A stretch of 32,000 nucleotides of DNA. Origin: Mesorhizobium sp. (GTDB taxonomy: Bacteria > Pseudomonadota > Alphaproteobacteria > Rhizobiales > Rhizobiaceae). Position numbers and translations under genes: made by a program. The stretch covers positions 1-32,000 of the forward strand of contig JAPUFC010000093.1 of the NCBI GenBank assembly GCA_027492275.1. The letters are read 5' to 3'. A model generated the notes under the pieces. It saw nothing but the letters and a program-made list of their open reading frames with translations. It was not told the DNA's origin and did not search any database. Of this stretch, positions 1 through 8,027 are shown in pieces; the first letter of the stretch is position 1, and each line of letters opens with the position of its first letter.

Positions 1-143
1 TCGGCTCGGAGTTCGGCAACCGCCATCACCAGTACGAGAAGTTCTACGGCGGCGCATCCTTCATCGTGAAGCAGAACATGCTGCGAAGCTACGACATGGC
101 CCGTGCAACAGGCCTCGTCGACAAGGCCCTCGGCCTGGGCTGA
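1..143 (+). CDS. 3' end of an HpaB-family (4-hydroxyphenylacetate 3-monooxygenase-like) flavin-dependent oxygenase component; 5' part lies outside the window
   Basis: The frame starting at nt 3 reads GSEFGNRHHQYEKFYGGASFIVKQNMLRSYDMARATGLVDKALGLG, with TGA at 141-143. GSEFGxRHxxYExxYxG matches the C-terminal block I recall from HpaB-type oxygenases. A flavin reductase gene starts 5 nt downstream. Confidence 0.6.
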   Translation, partial: GSEFGNRHHQYEKFYGGASFIVKQNMLRSYDMARATGLVDKALGLG

Positions 144-148
144 TCGCG

Positions 149-736
149 ATGGCCCCCTCCCAAGCTCCCGCTCTCGCCGCCGATGACGGTTGCGGCATCG
201 ACGTCGCGGACGGCCGTCACTTGCGCGATGCCTTCGGCCGCTTCGCGACCGGCATCGTCATCGTCACCACCCAATGGGGCGGGGAGCGGATCGGGGCGAC
301 GGTCAGCTCCTTCAACTCGGTGTCGCTGTCGCCGCCGCTGGTCTCCTTTTGCATCGCCCGCAGCGCCCACGCCATCGACGTGTGGGAAAACACGCCTTCC
401 TTCGGCATCAGCGTGCTGGCGCGCGATCAGGCGGAACTGTCGACCCGCTTCGCCCGCAGCCTGTCCGACAAATGGGCGGGCGTCGCGACGCGGCCCGCCG
501 CCCGCGTGCCCGCCCCGCTCATCGACGGCGCCCTGATGTGGCTCGAGTGCCAGGCCTATGCCCGCTACGACGGCGGCGACCACGTCATCCTGCTCGGCCG
601 CGTCGTCGCCGCGACCGTCAACAACCATGTCGCGCAGGAGCCGCTGCTCTTCTACGGCGCCGCCTACAGGCACCTCGCCCCCAAGACGCCGCAGGAGAAA
701 ATCCCCGACAACGCCATGTGGCTCCATGGCTGGTGA
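149..736 (+). CDS. NAD(P)H-flavin reductase (HpaC-like, flavin reductase-like FMN-binding domain)
   Basis: 195 aa ORF. FRDAFGRFATGIVIVTT...GATVSSFNSVSLSPPLVSFCI is the classic flavin_reduct domain signature. It sits directly after an HpaB-like gene. Confidence 0.85.
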   Translation: MAPSQAPALAADDGCGIDVADGRHLRDAFGRFATGIVIVTTQWGGERIGATVSSFNSVSLSPPLVSFCIARSAHAIDVWENTPSFGISVLARDQAELSTRFARSLSDKWAGVATRPAARVPAPLIDGALMWLECQAYARYDGGDHVILLGRVVAATVNNHVAQEPLLFYGAAYRHLAPKTPQEKIPDNAMWLHGW

Positions 737-770
737 GACGAAGCCGGGCCGACCGAGGGAGATCTGCTGA

Positions 771-1229
771 ATGGCCGTGCTGATCGAAGGGACGCAGCGG
801 ATCGAGGCGCCGATCGACAGGGTGTGGGCCGCGATCAACGATCCGGAGGTGCTGCGGCGCTGCATTCCCGGTTGTCTGGAGCTGGAAAAATTGTCCGATC
901 ACGAGATGCGGGGGAAGATCCAGCTTGGCATAGGCCCGATCAAGGCGACCTTCCAGGGCGCCGTCGCGCTGGAGAACATGGTCCCGCCGCACTCCTGCAC
1001 CATCACCGGCGAGGGCAAGGGCGGCATAGCGGGCTTCGCGAAGGGATCGGCGGATGTCCGGCTGTCCGAGGAGGGCGAGGCGGCGACCCTGCTCGCCTAC
1101 TCGGTCAGGACCGAGGTCGGCGGAAAGATCGCCCAGCTTGGCGCGCGGCTGATCGTGTCGACATCGAAGAAACTGGCGGGCGAATTCTTCACGGCGCTCG
1201 GCCGGACCCTGGACGCGGAAGCCGCCTGA
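771..1229 (+). CDS. SRPBCC-fold CoxG-family protein (carbon monoxide dehydrogenase subunit G-like)
   Basis: 152 aa ORF. IEAPIDRVWAAINDPEVLRRCIPGC...GKIQLGIGPIKATFQG...VGGKIAQLGARLI resembles CoxG/SRPBCC proteins. Confidence 0.75.
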   Translation: MAVLIEGTQRIEAPIDRVWAAINDPEVLRRCIPGCLELEKLSDHEMRGKIQLGIGPIKATFQGAVALENMVPPHSCTITGEGKGGIAGFAKGSADVRLSEEGEAATLLAYSVRTEVGGKIAQLGARLIVSTSKKLAGEFFTALGRTLDAEAA

Positions 1230-1265
1230 AACCGTCGTTTTCCGATCCGGGAGACGGGTCGATCA

Positions 1266-1294
1266 TTGACGCGGATGGCGCGATAATTTAATAA
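1266..1294 (+). promoter_or_regulatory. Possible sigma70-type promoter for the Rieske operon
   Basis: TTGACG at 1266-1271, then TTTAAT (1287-1292, 15-nt spacer) or TAATAA (1289-1294, 17-nt spacer). It lies in an AT-rich island unusual for this GC-rich DNA, about 30 nt upstream of a GGAGG ribosome-binding site and ATG 1323. Confidence 0.25.
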
Positions 1295-1322
1295 GGTACA
1301 TTACTATTTTCGGAGGCTGAGT

Positions 1323-1688
1323 ATGTCCGTGCATTTCGTATGCAAGATCGATGAGCTCGCCGAGGGCGATGTTCGCATCTTCGAGGGCGAAGGCCTCGAG
1401 ATCGGCGTGCTTCATCATGGCGGCGGTTACTACGCCTACCAGAACCTCTGCCCGCACCAGGGGGGACCGGCTTGCGAGGGGCTGAAGCTGCCGCAGGTGG
1501 TGGACCGGATCGGCGAGGGCGGCATCTTTCTGGGACAGACGTTCGACGAGGACGACATGCACATCGTCTGCCCCTGGCACGGCTACGAGTATCACCTGAA
1601 GTCGGGCGAACATGTCTGCAATCCGGCGATAAGGCTTCGCAAGTTCAGCGTCGAGGCGAAGGACGGTGGGATCTATGTTGAAATCTGA
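1323..1688 (+). CDS. Small Rieske [2Fe-2S] domain protein (NirD/Rieske-ferredoxin-like)
   Basis: 121 aa. Both Rieske cluster motifs are present: CPHQGG (C-x-H) and CPWHGYEY (C-x-x-H). GGAGG ribosome-binding site upstream. Confidence 0.85.
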   Translation: MSVHFVCKIDELAEGDVRIFEGEGLEIGVLHHGGGYYAYQNLCPHQGGPACEGLKLPQVVDRIGEGGIFLGQTFDEDDMHIVCPWHGYEYHLKSGEHVCNPAIRLRKFSVEAKDGGIYVEI

Positions 1689-2016
1689 GCCGGTCTCCGC
1701 GGACGATCTCGCCTTCGACCTTGCGGTCCTGTGCGAGAAGAGCGTCGAGGCCAACGACCTCTCCGCGATCTCGGAGGCTGCCCTGTCCGGCGCCGTGACG
1801 GCGTTGCTGCGCCTGCTGGCCGCGCGCGCCCAGAACGGCATGACCGTCGACCTCGGCCTCGGCAACAGCCGCCTTTCCGCCACCGATGCGGTCATCGCCT
1901 GCACGGCCTTGCTGGAGAGCGCCTCGATCGAGGTATTCGAGCTTGCCGCGTGGCAGGCGATGACCAGCACGGGATCAGCCAAGCGCACGCGCGCCAGCCA
2001 GACCATGGAGCGTTAG
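1675..2016 (+). CDS. Hypothetical small acidic Ala/Leu-rich protein (no family recognised)
   Basis: ORF with GC-rich third codon positions typical of real genes here. ATG 1675 overlaps the Rieske stop by 14 nt (alternative GTG 1666). It ends 3 nt before the amidohydrolase ATG. No recognisable motif. Confidence 0.5.
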   Translation: MLKSEPVSADDLAFDLAVLCEKSVEANDLSAISEAALSGAVTALLRLLAARAQNGMTVDLGLGNSRLSATDAVIACTALLESASIEVFELAAWQAMTSTGSAKRTRASQTMER

Positions 2017-2019
2017 ACC

Positions 2020-3261
2020 ATGACCTTCACAGCCGGAAGCCATCTTGTAGAGCCATCCCGCGAGAACTTCGACTCCGAGCAGCATCTGGCGCATGCCAGG
2101 CAGCAGGCGGTCCGCCGCGGCTATGAGGATTTCCTCATCGTCGACGTCGATTCCCACCACTACGAAACCGAGGCTTTTCAGGAGATCGCCGAGTATATCG
2201 ACGATCCCGTCCTTCGCCTCGAGGCCAAGTATCAGGGCATGGCGCGGGGCGGCATCACCTCCATCGACGGCTCGTATCAGGAAATGACCGGACGCGTGAC
2301 GCGCTATCCGATGCGCCGCCGCGAGAAGACCCCGCCGGTGATCCACCGCGACATCACGCTGATGCGCCGGTGGATGGACTCCATGGGCGTCGACATGGCC
2401 TGCATGTTTCCCACGCCGATGCTCAACATCGCCACCTGCCCCAGGGTCGACGTCGAGACGGCGCTGGCCCGGGCCTACAATCGCTGGCTTTGCGACAATG
2501 TGCTGTCGCAGGAGCCGCGCCTGACATCGATGTTGTACCTGCCTTTCAACGATCCCGACGCATGCCTGAAGATGGTCGAGGATTTCGGCGATAGGAAGGG
2601 CGTCATCGGCTTCATGGTGACCGCCACCCACTACAAGGCCAACAACGACAACGCCTATATGAAAACCTACGCGGCCTTGCAGGAGCGGAACCTGCCGCTG
2701 GGGTTCCATGCGGCCTATACTTGGGGCGACAAGTCCACGACCCTGATGAACCGCTTCATCTCCGTCCATGCGCTCGGCTTCGTCTGGCACAACATGGTCC
2801 ACATGACGAACTGGCTGGTCAACGGCATGCCGGAACGCTTCCCGAAGCTGAAGACGCTTTGGATCGAAAGCGGGCTCGCCTGGGTGCCCTTCCTGATGCA
2901 GCGCCTGGACAACGAGTTCATGATGCGCAGTTCCGACGCGCCGCTGCTGAAGCGCAAGCCCAGCGACTACATGCGGGAGATGTTCTATACGTCGCAGCCG
3001 ATGGAAATGGTTGACAATCTGGACGCGCTTGAACTGACGTTCAAGATGATGAAGGCCGATTCCCAGCTTCTCTATTCTTCCGACTATCCGCACTGGGACA
3101 TGGACCTGCCGAGCACGATCTACGATCTGCCGTTCCTGCAGGAAGGCGCCAAGCGCGCCATCCTGGGGGGCAATGCGCAATCGCTCTTCGGCCTCGATCC
3201 CGTCTACGCCCCGTGGAAGCTGGCGCGCCGCTCCCAAAAGCAGGACGTTCCCGCTGCTTGA
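2020..3261 (+). CDS. Amidohydrolase_2 (ACMSD/COG2159-type TIM-barrel) metal-dependent hydrolase or non-oxidative decarboxylase
   Basis: 413 aa. It has the N-terminal LIVDVDSHHYE metal-ligand region and the C-terminal LYSSDYPHWD motif characteristic of PF04909-type enzymes. Confidence 0.85.
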   Translation: MTFTAGSHLVEPSRENFDSEQHLAHARQQAVRRGYEDFLIVDVDSHHYETEAFQEIAEYIDDPVLRLEAKYQGMARGGITSIDGSYQEMTGRVTRYPMRRREKTPPVIHRDITLMRRWMDSMGVDMACMFPTPMLNIATCPRVDVETALARAYNRWLCDNVLSQEPRLTSMLYLPFNDPDACLKMVEDFGDRKGVIGFMVTATHYKANNDNAYMKTYAALQERNLPLGFHAAYTWGDKSTTLMNRFISVHALGFVWHNMVHMTNWLVNGMPERFPKLKTLWIESGLAWVPFLMQRLDNEFMMRSSDAPLLKRKPSDYMREMFYTSQPMEMVDNLDALELTFKMMKADSQLLYSSDYPHWDMDLPSTIYDLPFLQEGAKRAILGGNAQSLFGLDPVYAPWKLARRSQKQDVPAA

Positions 3262-3318
3262 CACGGTCCCGCCGGGTGCACCATCCACACGTGTTGGGGG
3301 TGAACGGAAAGGACTGGT

Positions 3319-3798
3319 TTGACCGTGTCGAAGAAAGTGCAGATCGGGCTGGGCAAACGGCTGCGCCTCGCCCACATGGCCTTCAGCAGGGGCCTTCGAC
3401 TGGAACTGGCCAAGGAGAACGTCAGCTTCGGCCAGTTCGTCCATCTCGAGCGATTGTGGGAGGAGGACGGCCTGACCCAGAAGGAACTGTCGAAGCGGGT
3501 GGGGGTCGAAACGGCCTCCTCCACGACCATCCTGCTGGAGCTGGAGGCCAACGGATATGTGCGGCGGGAGCGGAACGCGCAGGATGGACGGGCGATCAAC
3601 GTGTTCCTGACGCCGGCCGGAAGGTCCCTCAGGACGGCGCTCCTGGCCTGCGCGGGCCGCGTCAATGCGCGGGCGCGCGAGGCCTTGTCGGAGGAAGCGG
3701 TCGGATCGCTGATGCTCGCGCTGGAGACGATCGCGGAGACCCTGAACAGGGACTACCCGCAGGCGTCGACGGCCAGCAAGCAGCGGCTGCTCAGCTAG
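3319..3798 (+). CDS. MarR-family transcriptional regulator
   Basis: 159 aa with a TTG start preceded by GGAAAGGA. The winged-helix region is LTQKELSKRVGVETASSTTILLELEANGYVRRERNAQDGRAINVFLTPAGR. Confidence 0.85.
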   Translation: MTVSKKVQIGLGKRLRLAHMAFSRGLRLELAKENVSFGQFVHLERLWEEDGLTQKELSKRVGVETASSTTILLELEANGYVRRERNAQDGRAINVFLTPAGRSLRTALLACAGRVNARAREALSEEAVGSLMLALETIAETLNRDYPQASTASKQRLLS

Positions 3799-3845
3799 CG
3801 GCGGAATTTGATGTTGGGATAATGGGATTTTAGCGGAGGCGGCCT

Positions 3846-5276
3846 GTGCACATCGGCTATCGGGATCTGCGCGAATTCATCGGTCTTGTGGACGGGATCG
3901 GTGATCTCAGAAAGGTTTCCGGGGCATCGCTGGACCGGGAGATCGGAGCGATAACCGAGGTCGCCGCCGGCGATCCCCAGTGTCCGGCATTGCTGTTCGA
4001 CGACATACCCGGCCAGCCGCGTGGAAACCGGGTGTTCACCAATGCCACCGTGAACAGCAGGCGCGCCGCGCTTGCGCTGGGGCTCGACCCCGAGCTTCCC
4101 GCGCTCGACGCGCTGAAGGCGTGGAAGCAGAGGCGTTCCGGGCTGAAGCCGTTGGCTCCCGAGGTCACCAGCGACGTTCCGGTGATGGAGAACACGGTCT
4201 CCGGGAAGGACGTCGACCTGTCCCGCTTCCCGGCTCCCGTCTGGCACAAGCATGACGGCGGCCCCTATATCGGCTCGGGCAGCATCGTGCTGACGCGCGA
4301 CCCCGACACCGGCTGGGTGAATTCCTCGATCTACCGGGTCCAGGTGCATGACCGGAACGTCGTGACCGTGCAGTTCGACCACAATGGCAGGCACGGCGCG
4401 ATGATCGCGCGCAAATACTGGGACAAGGGCGAAGCGTGCCCCATCGTTCTGGTGCATGGGCAGGACCCGTCGCTGTTCATCGCCGGCTTCGAATATCTTC
4501 CGGACGGCGCCTCCGAGCTGGATTTCGCCGGGGCGATACGCGGCGCGCCGGTGGAGGTGTTCAAGGGGCCGCTGACGGGGATGCCCATTCCCGCGCGCGC
4601 CGAGATCGTGATGGAAGGCCGCCTGTTGCCGCTTGGCGAGAAGAGCCTGCCCGAAGGACCGTTCGGCGAGTTCACCGGCTATTACGCCGCCGACCGCCGG
4701 CCGGGGCCGGTCATGGAAATCGACGCCGTCTATCACCGCACCGATCCGATCCTGTTCGGCTCGCCGCCCTTGAAGCCGCCGCGCTTCCACTTCGGCCTGT
4801 CGTTCCGGGCGGCCGGCATCTGGGCCAATCTGGAGGCCGTCGGCGTCACCGACATCGTCGGCACGTGGCAGCACGTGTCGCAGCTCATGACGGTCATCGC
4901 GCTGAAGCAGCGCTATGCTGGGCACGCCAAGCGCGCCGGCCTGATCGCGGCGGCCAACACCTATATGGGGCGCATCGTGGTGCTGGTGGACGACGACGTC
5001 GATCCCACGAATCTCGCGGACGTGATGTGGGCCGTCACCACCCGGGCCGAGCCGTCCGAGGACGTCGACATCGTCCGCAATGCGTGGAGCTCTTCGCTGG
5101 ATCCGCGCATTTCGGCCGAGAATCGCGCGATCGGGCTGACCTCCAATTCCAAGATGATCATCGACGCCTGCATCCCCTTCGACCAGCTTGACGGCTATCC
5201 CAGGACGACGGCGCTGAGCATCGCGGAGAGCAACGAGGTCCGCAAGCGCTGGTCGGGCGTGTTCAGGTCGCGCTGA
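3846..5276 (+). CDS. UbiD-family (prFMN-dependent) aromatic acid decarboxylase
   Basis: 476 aa with a GTG start 6 nt after GGAGG. N-terminal YRDLREFIGLVD, VNSSIYRVQV, and the conserved EGPFGEFTGYY motif. Size is typical of UbiD/VdcC-type enzymes. Confidence 0.9.
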   Translation: MHIGYRDLREFIGLVDGIGDLRKVSGASLDREIGAITEVAAGDPQCPALLFDDIPGQPRGNRVFTNATVNSRRAALALGLDPELPALDALKAWKQRRSGLKPLAPEVTSDVPVMENTVSGKDVDLSRFPAPVWHKHDGGPYIGSGSIVLTRDPDTGWVNSSIYRVQVHDRNVVTVQFDHNGRHGAMIARKYWDKGEACPIVLVHGQDPSLFIAGFEYLPDGASELDFAGAIRGAPVEVFKGPLTGMPIPARAEIVMEGRLLPLGEKSLPEGPFGEFTGYYAADRRPGPVMEIDAVYHRTDPILFGSPPLKPPRFHFGLSFRAAGIWANLEAVGVTDIVGTWQHVSQLMTVIALKQRYAGHAKRAGLIAAANTYMGRIVVLVDDDVDPTNLADVMWAVTTRAEPSEDVDIVRNAWSSSLDPRISAENRAIGLTSNSKMIIDACIPFDQLDGYPRTTALSIAESNEVRKRWSGVFRSR

Positions 5277-5285
5277 CCGGTCCGA

Positions 5286-6224
5286 TCACGGCTCGAAGTA
5301 GGATTTCTCCATCATGCAATGGACGCCCTTGTCGCCGTTGGCGACCTGCGTGATGCGCAGTTCCGCGACGAGGTTCATCAGAGCATAGGCCTGGTAGCGG
5401 TCGAGCGTCGTTCTCGACACGAGAAGGTCGAGCATCGAGCGCAGCGCGATCGTGACGCAATTGTCGAGGTCCGGGTCCGCGGCCATGGTGATGAAGCGCG
5501 TCGGCGTTTCCGCCATCGGCCACGACAGGGTGAAATCGTTGCGCACGCTGAGCCTGAACGTGCCGACCAGGCCGGTCTCGCACGCCATGCCGATCTCGCC
5601 GTCGCTCTGCGCGCCGTGACCGTCGCCGACCGAGAACAGCGCGCCCTCGGCGAAGACCGGCAGATAGAGCGTCGATCCGGCGACCAGTTCCCTGTTGTCG
5701 ATATTGCCGCCGTTCTGGCGCGGGGGGAGGGAGCCGACGACCCCCCAGTTCGCCGGCGGCGCGACGCCCATGACACCGAAGAATGGCGCCAGCGGCACCT
5801 CCTGGCCCCAGGGAAGCCGCCACCGGCGCCGCTCGCGATCCAGGGACAGATGGATCAGGCGGCGTTCCTCGAAATCGAGCGGAAGCGCGCCTACCAGGGG
5901 CTTGATCAGGTGATAGCCCCAGTCCACGAGCGGCTCGACCGCCTCGATGTCGATCTGCAGCACGTCGCCCTTTCTTGCGCCGCGAACGGCCACCGGGCCC
6001 GTCATGATGTGGCCGGGGATCATCTTTTCCGTGACCCTGGCGTGGATGTCCAACTGCGCCTGGGGGACTTTGAAAGGGGCGGCCGGAAGTATCTCGGGTC
6101 CGCCCGACACGGCCGACATGCGGATACGGTCGCCGCTTTCGATCGTCATGCGTGGTTTCAGCGCGGCGCTGAAGTAGCCCCAGTGGACCGTCTCGGGCGA
6201 CGCGTCGAGATGATGGCTGTTCAT
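5286..6224 (-). CDS. Acetamidase/formamidase (FmdA/AmdA) family amidase
   Basis: MNSHHLDASPETVHWGYFSA...GHIMTGPVAVRGARKGDVLQIDI... is typical of the family. I place the start at ATG 6224 (GGGAGA upstream); the ORF track extends it to 6263. Confidence 0.85.
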   Translation of the reverse strand: MNSHHLDASPETVHWGYFSAALKPRMTIESGDRIRMSAVSGGPEILPAAPFKVPQAQLDIHARVTEKMIPGHIMTGPVAVRGARKGDVLQIDIEAVEPLVDWGYHLIKPLVGALPLDFEERRLIHLSLDRERRRWRLPWGQEVPLAPFFGVMGVAPPANWGVVGSLPPRQNGGNIDNRELVAGSTLYLPVFAEGALFSVGDGHGAQSDGEIGMACETGLVGTFRLSVRNDFTLSWPMAETPTRFITMAADPDLDNCVTIALRSMLDLLVSRTTLDRYQAYALMNLVAELRITQVANGDKGVHCMMEKSYFEP

Positions 6225-6270
6225 GCGGTCTCCCGGCTTTGCGGAGGGGGCGTGTCCTTGCATCGGGCGG

Positions 6271-6681
6271 TCAGGGGACGCGCGCGGCGATGACCGTGAT
6301 TTCGACCTTGTAGTCGGGTGCGGCCAGCGCGGCCTCGCTCGTCGCCCGCGCGGGCGCGCAGCCCGGCGCGATCCAGCCTTTCCAGACCGTGTTCATCTCG
6401 TCGAAGGTCGCGATGTCGCTCAGCCAGATGACAGCCTGGAGGACGCGCGAGCGATCGGAGCCGGCCTGCTCCAGCAGCGCATCGATACGGTCGAGGATCG
6501 CCCGCGTTTGCTCCGTGACGCTTGCGCCCGGCGCGCCCACCTGGCCCGAAAGAAAGACCAGGTCGCCGAACACGACCGCCGCGCTGGAACGCTCGCCGGG
6601 CGCGATCCGCCGGATGTCCGCTTCCCGGTTTCCGTCGGCATCCCCGGCTTCGCTGACAGGCGGCACGGCTCGCTCCCCCAA
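6271..6681 (-). CDS. RidA/YjgF/TdcF family reactive-intermediate (enamine/imine) deaminase
   Basis: AVVFGDLVFLSGQVG...TRAILDRIDALLEQAGSDRSRVLQAVIWLSDIATFDEMNTVW...ARATSEAALAAPDYKVEITVIA. The start is either TTG 6681 or GTG 6666 (GGGGGAG ribosome-binding site). Confidence 0.85.
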   Translation of the reverse strand: MGERAVPPVSEAGDADGNREADIRRIAPGERSSAAVVFGDLVFLSGQVGAPGASVTEQTRAILDRIDALLEQAGSDRSRVLQAVIWLSDIATFDEMNTVWKGWIAPGCAPARATSEAALAAPDYKVEITVIAARVP

Positions 6682-6720
6682 AACGCGATCACGCCACGCA
6701 GGATGGCATCAGATTGAAAC

Positions 6721-6749
6721 TTTATAAACAGCTATAAGATGTATGTAAA
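6721..6749 (-). promoter_or_regulatory. Candidate sigma70-type promoter for ridA-formamidase
   Basis: The minus strand reads TTTACA (6749-6744), a 17-nt spacer, then TATAAA (6726-6721), about 40 nt upstream of the RidA start, in an AT-rich island. Confidence 0.35.
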
Positions 6750-6778
6750 TTGTATCGCTGCCCCGATTCTAGAGAGAA

Positions 6779-6802
6779 GGCCGGCAGGGTCGCCTGCCGG
6801 CC
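6779..6802 (-). terminator. Stem-loop terminator after the binding-protein gene
   Basis: Perfect 10-bp GC-rich stem GGCCGGCAGG/CCTGCCGGCC with a 4-nt loop, 29 nt past the stop at 6831. On the minus strand it is followed by a pyrimidine-rich UUCUCUCU tract. Confidence 0.55.
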
Positions 6803-6830
6803 GGAAAGATTCCGCGGGACCGGGAAGCCT

Positions 6831-7799
6831 TTACTTGGCAGGCGTCGTGTAGAGGATGTCGATCACCTGGCGCTGCTCGCTTTCGGAAACGGGCTTGTCG
6901 ATGAACTTGGCGGCGATGGCCTCGCTCACGATCTGGTCGAAACCGCTGAGCGGACCGAAGGCCAGGGCCGACCGGTCGTAGAACTGCAGCGCCTTCTCGG
7001 CGGTCTTGGCGTCGATCTTGTTCATCTCCGCATAGGCCTTCACCGCCTCCGGCTTGTTGGCGTAGGCCCAGTCGATGCACTGGTCGAGCACGCGCATGAA
7101 GGTCGTCGCCGCGTCGCGGTGCTTCGTCAGGAATTCATCGGTGGCAGCGACGACGCGGCTGGTCGTCTCGCGCTGCGACTTGACGATGTCTCCGGTGAAG
7201 AGAACCCGCAACTGCCCTTCCTCGACCTTGCCGAGGAGGGCGGGCGGAATGCCGTAGCCGACATCGATCTGGCGCGTCATCACCAGGGTGTAGGTCGCAT
7301 CCGCGGGGCCGGTCGCCATGCGCTTGAAACCGAGATGTTGCTCCGCCTCGAGGCCGATCAGGATGTTCTCGCTGGGACCGCCCGGACGGGGAAATCCGAT
7401 GGTCTTGTCTTTCAAGTCGGCGACGGTCTTGATGGGGCTGTCCGACGGCACATAGAAGAACGTGTCGTTCTGACCCCGGAATTGCGCGCTGATGATCTTG
7501 AGCTTCGCTCCCTGCCGGAACGCCCCCAGCACGGTCGCGGTGCTCGGCGAATAGGCGATGTCCGCGGCGTGCGAGGCGAGCGCGGTGACGCTGGCGCCGG
7601 GCACGAACGTGACCTCGACGTCGAGGCCGGCTTTGGCGAACTCGCCGCGCTGCTGGCAGAAGGCCGGCTGGGACGTATCCCACAGGCCCGCCCAGGCGGA
7701 TGCCACCCTGATCTTTTGCGGTTGCTGGGCGTTGGCTTGGCCGGCGTGGGCGAAGGCGACGATGCCGGATAAGACGAGCGCAAGACTGATGTGCTTCAT
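6831..7799 (-). CDS. Periplasmic substrate-binding protein, NMT1/THI5-SsuA/TauA/NrtA-like (ABC-type), with signal peptide
   Basis: 322 aa. N-terminal signal MKHISLALVLSGIVAFAHAGQANA. The body (KIRVASAW...DLKDKTIGFPRPGGPSENI...) resembles aliphatic sulfonate/nitrate/taurine-type binding proteins. GGGAGA ribosome-binding site. Confidence 0.8.
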   Translation of the reverse strand: MKHISLALVLSGIVAFAHAGQANAQQPQKIRVASAWAGLWDTSQPAFCQQRGEFAKAGLDVEVTFVPGASVTALASHAADIAYSPSTATVLGAFRQGAKLKIISAQFRGQNDTFFYVPSDSPIKTVADLKDKTIGFPRPGGPSENILIGLEAEQHLGFKRMATGPADATYTLVMTRQIDVGYGIPPALLGKVEEGQLRVLFTGDIVKSQRETTSRVVAATDEFLTKHRDAATTFMRVLDQCIDWAYANKPEAVKAYAEMNKIDAKTAEKALQFYDRSALAFGPLSGFDQIVSEAIAAKFIDKPVSESEQRQVIDILYTTPAK

Positions 7800-7909
7800 G
7801 TTGATCTCCCGTTACGAGCCGGTATTGTTTTGAAAAACAGGAAAGATGGTTTTTGCTACCCTCTGGAGTCGCATCGTTCACCCGGATGCCTCCTGTTGCG
7901 CAGCCGAGA

Positions 7910-7968
7910 TAGCTAAAAAGAAATATCAGTTATTTAGCTACTTGACAATGCAATTTTGTTGCTGCATT
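7910..7968. promoter_or_regulatory. Divergent promoter region with two inverted repeats and a consensus -35 box
   Basis: TAGCTAAA (7910-7917), 15 nt, TTTAGCTA (7933-7940). TTGACA at 7942-7947. AATGCA (7947-7952), 10 nt, TGCATT (7963-7968). Confidence 0.3.
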
Positions 7969-8027
7969 CCCGACGCCATCGGTTGAGACCCACGCAGATG
8001 GCTGCGGCGACGGATGGGAGCGAATCC

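Noticed and set aside
1975-3444. 489-aa minus-strand ORF antisense to the amidohydrolase_2 gene. The same phenomenon appears at 3795-4925, 7938-9464, 9656-10558, 10559-11689, 12620-13795, 14260-15348, 15333-17150, 22092-23603, 23643-25217, 26810-28651 and 28709-30265.
   Set aside because: These are typical shadow ORFs of high-GC DNA. Their translations are Arg/Gly/Ala/Pro/His-rich low-complexity strings with no recognisable motif. The opposite strand in each case encodes a protein with clear family signatures.
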